Assembly: GCF_009914755.1 (NCBI RefSeq)
Contig: NC_060934.1
Source: the human T2T-CHM13v2.0 reference genome, Homo sapiens
Strand: one strand, 5' to 3'
DNA: 64,000 bases
A program made the position numbers and the translations under genes. This document shows positions 54,290 through 64,000 of this stretch, one piece after another (position 1 is the first letter of the stretch; each line of letters starts with the position of its first letter). Below the pieces are notes generated by a model. That model was not told the DNA's origin and did not search any database. It saw nothing but the letters and a program-made list of their open reading frames with translations.

Positions 54290-57070
54290 ATATATATAGA
54301 TTTTTCTATTAACTTTTAGCATGCTAATGTTTTGCCAATTTGCTTCAGAATTTTTAAGAACAATAATATCAAGCTCAAAAGGCCTTACCCCTTCGTTCCT
54401 TCCTGCTCCTCAGCAGCACTGCTTTTCCTTAAGTTGGTATAATTCATTAACAGTATTATTGTATAATTTTACTACATTTGGATATATCCATATACAAATG
54501 GAATCATGTTTCACATATATTTTCCTTCTTGATTTTTACATTTGGCCTTGTGTTTTTGATATTTATCCCTGTAGATACATATAGGTCTAATTTGTGTCTT
54601 CTGTTGCATGATATTCCATTGTATGAATAAGCTACAACTTACACATGCTTTTCCTGACTGACAGCTATGTTGTGTACATTTTTTTCTTGTTATAAACAAT
54701 GGCAAAAATCAATGTCTTTGTACATGTTACTGTATATATATGTGTGTGGGAATTTCTCTAGGGTACAGGCACACATGCATGTTTGCATATGCCCATATAC
54801 ATTATATGTTATGCTATGCATACGCACATTTTTATGTGCACAGTATAAGCATGTGCAGATGCACATGTATATGCTGCGTACACATGTACATTCATATGTG
54901 TACATGTATACATGTGTGTTTCACAGGTACATATCATGTAACATGGACTAACTGAAGATGCATATATCTTGTGAAACAGCACTTGCCATCATAGGAATAG
55001 AATGTATGTATCACACCCACATGCACACACACCTGCCTAGGAAGGCAATTGCTGCATGATACGAGACATACATCTTCAACTTTGCTGGTGGCTGTTGCCA
55101 CATGACTATTCTATTGATTGTACCACTTGCTGCGCCCACAAGCAGTGTGTACCCTGCTATACCCCACATGACACTGGTACTTTTGGACTTAACAAAAAAT
55201 TTCTAAGCAATCCAATGGATAATAAAACTTGTATAAATATCCACTGTACATGTTAAAATATATTAAAAATATCTGAAAGTAGTATTCTTGACTCGAAGAC
55301 TATGTGCACTTCCAATTTTGATTGAAAAATGGATATTTTGTAGGTCAAAAAGGATGAAATATTGGCAATGACATGGAATTCAACCTATTGCCAAGTGGTG
55401 CTCCCATTGTGCAGCTGTGGTCATTTTCTTTTTCACAGCTTTGCTGATTCTGAACATTTGGTTTTATGTATTAAGTTTGCTTATACTTTCTTATATTTTA
55501 CATTAATTTGATCATTATCTTTATCTTCTTACTTTCTTAACTACTTGAAAAAAATTCTTTATGCATTGTGAATACTTATTCATTGCCATGTGTCTTGTTA
55601 GTATATTCTCCCAGCTTTTACATTGTTGTTTGATTTTCATCATGTGGTTTTGCAGAACTATGCATATCTTACATAGTAAAATTTGTTCATCACTTCCTTG
55701 ATGATTAATTAATTCTGGGCATGTGTAGAAAGCCTTTATTTATCCTAATATTATAAAAATACATTATCTTCTGGTACTTTTGTGACTTCATTTATTATGT
55801 TTAAATATTTGCCACAACTGCCAATAAATTTGGTATGAGGACTTAGGTAGGAGACTACATTCCTTCTCCTTCCCCTGCCCTGCCCTCCAATTGAGCCTTT
55901 TTTTTTTTGCGGCATTGCTTGCTTATGGTGCTGAAATGTTACATTTATAAAATCCAATACTTCCATTTATTCTTGGTTGTGTTTCTGGATTCTGTTCTAT
56001 TCTATTTCTTTGATTATTTCTGCACTGGAATCACTGGATTTTAATCATTCTAGCCTTTAACATCTGACTGAGCCAAACTTGCTACCTAACCCCCCTATTT
56101 ATTTTTCTGATTTATAAAAAAATCACTAAGTTTCTAAAAAGGAACATGTTTGGAATGTTTTGTGATTGCATTAAATTATTTATCACTACATGACATATTC
56201 TGAGAGTTCCTCTTCCAGACAAAAGTACATCTTTCACTTTACTTCAGTCTTCTTGTTTGTCTCTCAAGAGAGTGGGTGAGTCCTTGCTAAGCAAAACAAA
56301 ACAAGACCCAGAAACTATAAGGGAAAAGACTCATGCATATGAGTACATAAAAATAAAACTAAAATTCACCAATGAAAAATATGGCAGAAGTTAAATTTAA
56401 AAAAAGGTCAAACAGGAAAAATACTTGCCAAACAAGTCAGAAGAAGAACATGTCACTATTGTAAAGCCAGGGATTACAAATCTGTCACCAAAATGCCACT
56501 CAGTGGAAAAATTGACAACACACATGGCAGTCCACAGAGAAAGAAAAGACTAAATAATAAAGAGACAGCATAGGATTGCTCACCACTGAGCCTGGAAAAA
56601 GGTAAACTGTCCCACATTAGCCAGTGTGGCAAGGTAGGGGGAGGGCCTCTGATGCTTTGGGAGAGCAACTTTGTGCAATGGCAAGTGTGTGGTATTACCT
56701 GTAAAGGCAAAAGACGGAACGTACCTAAATGCCAATCTAGAGGGACTTGGGAAAATGCATGATCATTCTTCTCTAAAATAAAATACAACGCAGTTTTGAA
56801 AAAGAATGAGTGAGTCTGAATGTGCTGAAATGTATTGTTATAGCAAAGAAACTTGGATTCAGAAGAGTAGGCACTGACTGCTCTAATTTGATATGAAAAG
56901 GATACGAACGCAATGAACACAAGTGAATACATGGGCTTACATATGTGTAAGATGTCTGGAGGCCCAAAAAAACTATTCATGATGGTTACCTCTCGCAAGG
57001 AATCTGGGGGTCTGGTTGTGAGGGAGATTTGCTATCATTTTTAAATATTTAGATTTTTTTAACACGCGCT
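54290..57070. mobile_element. L1ME-type fragments in both orientations with a purine-pyrimidine low-complexity patch
   Basis: Antisense TGCATGATATTCCATTGTATGAATA and sense TTTGGGAGAGCAACTTTG..AACGTACCTAAATGCCAATC motifs. Boundaries rough. Confidence 0.5.
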
Positions 57071-58826
57071 TGCCCTACTTTAAATGAAAGAGGATTGGAT
57101 GACACCTTGAGAATGCATCTGATGTACGAAACATTCATGTTTGTTAAACAAATATAATAGGACATGTCTCTTGGAAATCAATTATGATTTGCAAAGTTGG
57201 CCCCCTAAGTTCCTAAGTTTTGTAAAAATTTGAATTCAATTCCATTATACTTTCAAATTTGGGGAGCAGGTGGTTAGCAATCCAGATGTGAGAGGAACTG
57301 CATGCCAGCAGTCACTTTCAGTTTTAAGGAGAGAGGCTGACTAACCTCGGTGAGAGGGCCCTTAACAGAGAATGGCGGATGTGGCTGGGGAGAGAAAGCC
57401 GCAGACACTGCTTACAGCTTTTCCTGTCACACAGGGACTCTTGCTCAGCCTCTGCTCCTTTTCCTTCGGCCTCTTAGGGATGCACATTTTTAAATGATTC
57501 TCTGCTACTCTTCTGCACTGAGAATGACTTTTGTTTCTAACGTTTTTGGTATAAGATTTTCAATTATTTCCTCCGCCCTTTGTCTGACCCAGGTTGGAGT
57601 CTATGTCTTCTTCCTAGATCTTCCCACAGTTTTGGCTGTGAGGCCATTGTGGGAGTCCCACAGAAACAGGTTGCAGCCTAGTCACTGAGCAATTGCTCAT
57701 ATATCCTTTGTGAGTTCCGAGAATGCCGAGAGCTTTCCAGAGTAGTCTGGAGATAACATCCTGGACCTGTCCACACTTACTTTTGAAACAAAGCAGATGT
57801 GCCATAATTAGTGGTTGGTTCCATATTTTTTGGAAGACGTAATATTTTTTCCTGAAAGAATGCACAGAACAGATGCATTCCACTGCAGCAGGCTGAGTGT
57901 TGTAACAGGAACATGCACAGGAGTTTATGGGAATGGAGGTGAAGGAGACTGGGAAGGGTGCAAAGGAGGAGGATGAATTGTCCAAGTGGAAAGTGGTCCC
58001 AGAACAGAATTAGAGAAGGCGGAGGTATGACAGAGTGGAAAACAGCCTCTAATGGAATAGGCCAACTAGGTTAAAAACACACATGTAAGAAGCTCCCAGG
58101 GGCCTCTGCACTAACAAGGGATCTTGAGGATATGAGAGTGATGGGGATGTTTTCCACTCCTTCCCTTCTGCTAAGTCATTCCCTTTGGGCACAGAGAGAC
58201 CTGGCTCTAAGGTAGAGTTCCTACACTCACCAGGTGTGTGTCAATATGGAAATCTCTCCCTTTCTAGAGACCCCACTTCCTCATCAGCAAAATGTAAATA
58301 TTTAGCACCAGTTTCACAAAATCTTGTGCCTGGCACGTAGTAGTTGCTCAATAAATATAAGCTTCCATTTTCTCTCATGAATTCCTTTAGTGTAAGTACT
58401 ACTTGTTCATCCACTTGGCATTCAAAGTCTTCCGTGTTTTGAATCACTCATCACACAAACGTGACCTTCTAATGTCTCTGAATGCTAGACTTTGACTTTA
58501 ATAATAGAAATGACTAATAATATCTTAGCAAGACACTTCTAACTCGGAGTTAGATCCTTCTATCATATGCACCCTGTGATGCAGCTGGCCTAGGACCACT
58601 ATGGTCCCCAAGAGACAGATGCAGAAATGGAGGCCAAGGCCCAAGTGCCTTGAAAGGCCACTAAGTTAGTGACCAGCTAGCCAGGACTCAACCCACTGAC
58701 TCTCTTGCCTGAGGTGGCTACAGTCCTTGTCCGGCAGGTCATTAAACATCAAAATCACAGGGTTCTTCCTTTCCAAACGTTCTTACTTTTTTGCCTGTGG
58801 AAACCTATTCATTTTCAGGGTCCATC

Positions 58827-59131
58827 TTTTTTTTTGTGTGTGTAAGACAGGGTCTTGCGCTCTTACCCAGGCTGGAGTTCAGTGGTGTGATCTCAGCTCA
58901 CTGCAACCTCGACCTCCTGGGCTCAAGTGATCCTCCCACTTCAGCCTCCTGAGTAGCTGGGAATACAGGCACACACCACCATGCCTGGCTAATTTTTTTT
59001 TCATTTTTGTAGAGATAGGGTTTCTTCATGGTGGGCCCAGGCTGGTCTTGAACTCCTGGGCTCAAGCAATCCTCCTTCTTCAGCCTCCCAAAGTGCTGGG
59101 ATTACAGGCATGAGCCACCCTATGCCCAGCC
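58827..59131 (-). mobile_element. AluJ
   Basis: CTCCTGGGCTCAAGTGATCCTCCCAC is diagnostic. TSD AGGGTCCAT at 58817-58825 and 59133-59141. Confidence 0.9.
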
Positions 59132-59187
59132 TAGGGTCCATATTAAGACTTTTATATTTCAGAATTCTTCCAACACCAGTGTGATGG

Positions 59188-59229
59188 GTGTGTGTGTGTG
59201 TGCGTGTGTGTGTGTGTGTGTATGTGTGT
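59188..59229. repeat. (TG)n microsatellite
   Basis: TG run with two interruptions. Confidence 0.95.
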
Positions 59230-60235
59230 AGAGAGAGAACATGTGTGATCTGAATGTTCTGGCATTTGTGTAGACACCCTTTGGGGATTCTGGCTATGCC
59301 TATATAACAATTTCTCCTTCGTGGGAAGAAAGCAAGGGTAGCAGGCTGTGACCGTGCTTTTTGTTTTTCAGCAAGGAAGAGCCAAGCACCGCATGACTCT
59401 TGTAGAAGATGGACTTTGCAGACTGCAAAAGGGGAAAGGAAAGGGGCGTGTGATGTTTGTAGGTGCCTTGGTAGAAAGTCCCTCTTTGCCTAGAAATTAT
59501 TTAGGCATCCTTTTATAATGCTTCTGGAAGAACAGAAAGAAAAATCTATTTCCTGAATGAGATAAGGATGCTTTTCATTGAGTGTCAGTATTGAACCAGC
59601 CCCAACTGAAATGAGAATTGTACTTGGATGTCACTGTGGACCCACCCCCTCAGTCCTAGTAAAACCAACACAAGGGGTTGGGATTCTCCCCGTGCCCTAC
59701 TTGAAATGATTGCTGGTTCTTGGGTTGAGCTGGCGTTTGGTGGCCGGCACCCATCTGCTATTGCCCCTAGAGGAGGTGAGTATGGTTCTGGGTCCCTGGC
59801 TGCTTGGGGCAAGGACACTGAGGTTGAGATCCAGATGTTCCTTGTCAACAATGCTGTAGGAATTAAAGAGTCTTTACAGCCCCTTAGTCCCGACATTTCC
59901 ATCTCCTTGAGCTGAAAATAATCAAATTGAGGCTGACAGGGGAGTCTCCCCAGGTTGCGGAGTTCCTGTGGGCGAGCCTCCTCCATCTGGGGGACACCTG
60001 CACACCTGCAAAGTGCTCTGACCTGGGGACGGTGACGGTGTTGTGGTGAGAGGGATCCAGACCTGCCCTTCAAGAGCCTGCCTTCTGTCTGGGGGTCAGG
60101 TAGATGGCTTGCTGGGGAGGGCCACCGTCCTGGAGGCGGATAGGGTGGAGGGTCAGGAGAGGCCTCACAGGGAAGACTTATGCTACAGAGGGGTTATTTT
60201 CCTCAGGACTTAATAGGACTAAAACTCCTAAGCTA

Positions 60236-60364
<129 letters not shown>

Positions 60365-63300
60365 TTAGGAAAGTTAGGCTGAGAGGGTCGAAACCCAGCC
60401 TCCCTGGTGCTCAGGACACCCCTGAGCCCTGAATGGGGCTGTCTGGGGCCAGGGGGAGGGTCTGGAGTGAGCGGCAGTAGATGAGCTGCGGCCAAGGTGA
60501 GCCCAGACCTTCGTGGGTGCCTCTCTCTGGACCTGGCCCCCCTATGGCAGTGATTTCCGGTGCCTAGAGGGGCAGGGCTGGAAGCACAGAGAGGTGCGGT
60601 GGGGGACCGCACCCCTTGTCGGCGTCAGGTGTGGGGTGCAGGAGGCCTTTGCAAAAGGCCCCTCGCAATGCACTGACAATTTCACAGCGTTTATGATTTA
60701 TAGCCGGGCAAAGTGAGTGGGAGTGGTCACCAAAGAGTAGATTAATGATTCCATTATCACACATCTTAGGTTTTTAGCTTTCTGGAAGCGAATGTTCTTT
60801 GCTTTAAAACATGATGGCTGGCCTTCTCTGTGAACGGCGGGCCTCCGAGCGTTTCCTGTGGAGCTGGTTTCTGGTGCTGGTGCGCCTGTGAGATGGGCGG
60901 AGGGGCTCTGCGGCTGATCTGGAGCTTCCAGAAGCAGCCCTGTGTGTTTTTCCATTGGATGTGACATTCCATAACTAAGGGATTAGTGGACCCTTTGTTG
61001 TTCTCAGTCTTCCTAAAATGATGAGAGGAATTCCTCCCAGACTCTCTAGAAGATGCTTTAGAATAAGCTAGAGAGATTTTAAAAAATAATCTTGATGAGG
61101 CTTTACAAAAAGAAAGATCGATGGTCAGGGCTTACGTACCATGTAAATTGACACTTGAGACAAGTTAGCTGACAGCCATACTTATTCAAAGATGAATAAA
61201 GAGAAAAAGAAAATACACTGTGTGTCCTGGGAAGAGCTTCTGGGGCTTAATGGAAATTAGGAATTACCCTGATAACTAGAGGAAGGTTCACTGATAAGAT
61301 TAGAAAAGAAAATTTCAGAGGAAAAAAGAATAACTTATCTTTGGAAAAACACAAGAAACCGTGAATAAAATGCATTAAAAAATCTTATAAGTACTGTGGC
61401 ACTAAAATTTTAGTTAGAAAATTAGCAGAGCAGTGTGCTGGTAAAAAAAAAAATTAATTGTGATTAATTACATAATTCTAACTTAATCTAAATTTAATTT
61501 CTAATTAAAATTAGGAAAAAAATGCCCACAAATATATCAAGCTAATTTTAGCCTCCTGTCTATCAGAGAGCATGCACAGGGCTTTGAAGTAAACAAATTC
61601 TGCTTGCAGCCAACTTATCGTGTAAATTTGAATTCAAGAAAATAATATTTGCATGCATGCAGGAGCCTGGATAGTTTTTTGTCTCCAAGCTCTCCCTGAA
61701 GCTTTCATAACTATCTAATGAATGCATCCAGGAAATGTCAGAGAAGCCGTGGTGAAGGTTCAGTGATATAAGTGAATAATCAGAGTGTCCCCGAGCCTCC
61801 TTTCAGCACCCCCTCTCCTAATTCTACTAATTTACCTCCTCCAAGGCTCTTATGTCCACCTCCACCCCCTCCCCGACCCCAAATCCAAGCTACAACCTGC
61901 TAGATTTTTGAGACTTCTGACTATTCTCCAAGGTCTTTCTTGGACTTCAGTTGGGGAAGAGAAAATTACCACACAGGCGTGAGCCTCTGGGGCTCCCCTT
62001 CCAGCCCTGGGGTGGGAGCTCCCCTCCAGGTCTTGTTTATCCTTGGTGCTTCTGCCATCTCCAGTGCTCTCCCTGACCCCTGTCCCCTCCCTCCACAGCA
62101 GCCATTTCCCTGGGGAAACCTCTCTGCCCATGCACAGCCCATGCCAGTCTCCACTCTTCCAGCAGCTGGCACTGGGCCAAGTGGTCATACATCTGAACCA
62201 TGGCCATCCCCCTCATCTGTCCCTGGGCATGGGGAGTGGTCTGCTCATCATCCTAGCCTTAATGTAGCCCTTGGCCAGTATGTAGTACCTGTTCAGCGGT
62301 GTTTGTTGAAGGAATGAATGAATCCTGCAGTGCTGTGTTGCAGTTGTCCACAGGCTTCCCAGGACTCCACCCCACTGGGCCTGTGTTTTGCTGTTCCTTG
62401 AGTTATCTGCATGGATTGAGTGTGCACCGATGCTGTGGGACACGCCAGCCACACTGAGGTCTGGTGGGCAGTTTGGGGATGAGCAGGTCCCATCTTGACC
62501 TCATCCTTCAGTTGGAGGGCCACCAGCCGCATGACGTTTTCTGTAAAATCCCGGGGTTGGGGTGGGGAAGTTCCGATTTCTTTCCTGCTCCCTTGGAGCT
62601 TTGTGCAAAGCCTCAGTGAGACTGCTCACTGAATTGTATATATTTTAATGTTAATTCGTGCCTCATTTTACTGCCCCCTGCTTTGCACCGCCCTTCACAG
62701 ACATGTGCAGACACCGAGGGGATGCAGAGAGGGCTGCAGCGGCCTTTCTGGAGAGAGAGACGGCAGCTGAGGCTGAAGGCCGGCTGGGGCAGCAGAGTGG
62801 GGCTCTAAACTGTCTCTGCAGAGTCACCCCATGTTCAGCCTGCAGGGCAGGGAGGCTGCAGAACATTCTTTTCCAGGAGGGACGCAGGTTTATTGACCTT
62901 CAGGTTCCTGGAACTCTGTGATAGATCCCACAGGCTGCAAAGTGTGGTGACTTGCCCTCAGGGGGCTTCCAACTTAGAGAGAATGGGGAGGAGGAGAGGA
63001 TCCCTTTTGCTCTAGAAGGCTGTTAAAATTTCTGTCAAATGCTCTGGTAGAGGCAGGTTCAGAGGTCCAGGAGCACAGAGAGGAGGAATATTTTACCTTT
63101 CACTATAAGGGCTGGAGCTGGGGAGGCTTTGTGGAGGACATGACATAAGGCCAAGAAAGAGAGAAGATGACAACAGACAAAGGCCCCAGCAAAGGTGGAA
63201 GAGCCAGGGAGTAGTCCTATGTTGGGAGCACAGTGTCCCAGAGAGTGGCAGGAGGTAACTCCGGGTTGTAGCAGATAGGCTGGGGCCTTCAGTGCTTGCC

Positions 63301-63819
63301 TAAGGAGGCTGAACTTTCTCCTGTGAGTAAAAGAGGAACAGGTGAAGATATTCTACCTGACGGTGGAGTAATGGCTGCATGAAAGAGAGGAGACCTGCGG
63401 AGAACCATGGTGAGTTCATGCGCGAGGGTGGTCGAGGGCAGGATCTTAGGTCAGGAAAGAGCTTTGGGGAGCAGAGCGAAGGCTCCCCCTCACTCCAGAG
63501 TGAATGACTTGGGAGGAGGAGGAGGAGGCTATGCTGAGCAGATGCTGCAGTCTGAGCTCAGCCCCTCCCCGTGCCAAAAGACAAATGAAACTTTTATGAC
63601 TTCATCTTACTCAGAGACTCTGAATCTTTCAGTAGTAGTAGACACAATTTTTCCCCCGTCTGTCCCTGTGCCTTTTGTACAGATGCAAAAACATGAATCC
63701 AATTCATGCTCAAGAAAGGTTTGTTCAAGGAGCAGACAGATCCTATAACTTGCAAAATTGATGAGTTTGGGCTAACATCACTGGATTGCTGCTCTGAGAG
63801 TTCTAGAAATGCTATAAAA

Positions 63820-63990
63820 AGATAGCTTAGAAAAGTGGTGGAAACATAGGCTCTGGAGCCAGCCTTGCCTGAGTTCAATTCCCAGGTCTACCACTTAGCA
63901 ACTGTGTGACCTTGGGCAGTTACTCAGCCTCTGAGTACTTCAGCTCTTTCGTTTGTACAGAGCAACATAATAGTATCTGTCTCCTACAGT
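63820..63990 (+). mobile_element. MIR
   Basis: GGCTCTGGAGCCAG..CCACTTAGCAACTGTGTGACCTTGGGCAGTTACTCAGCCTCTGAG. Confidence 0.85.
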
Positions 63991-64000
63991 TGGTTCAGTG

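Noticed and set aside
60530-60580. CTCF-like motifs
   Set aside because: Both candidates need an indel or core mismatches against CCASYAGRKGGC.

Overview
Primate (very likely human) intergenic DNA, dominated by old transposable elements, with no intact spliced protein-coding gene that I can support. The one gene-derived feature is a full-length processed retrocopy of HNRNPA3 on the minus strand (27971-31312). It has a perfect 15-bp TSD, 5'UTR, ~2.1 kb 3'UTR and decayed poly(A), and a 1-nt frameshift that leaves a 269-codon ORF. From memory this fits HNRNPA3P1 (FBRNP/D10S102, 10q11), which I have not verified. The first ~14 kb is a nested pile of L1 elements with a solo LTR12 and an LTR33. The rest is L2/MIR/MaLR/ERVL LTRs, Alus and microsatellites. 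The most notable unexplained structures are: (i) at least six short local duplications, direct and inverted, with copies 0.3-2.2 kb apart, including an exact 63-bp copy and a 169-bp inverted copy inside an MLT2A LTR that duplicates a DUX4-like motif; (ii) an apparent ancient L1 3' transduction; (iii) a TOP-like 5' end and an RRM2-damaged, PY-NLS-less ORF in the retrocopy. Repeat subfamily names come from recalled consensus sequences, and boundaries of old elements are approximate. I found no convincing new biological system; the duplication cluster is the best candidate and needs a genome-wide null.
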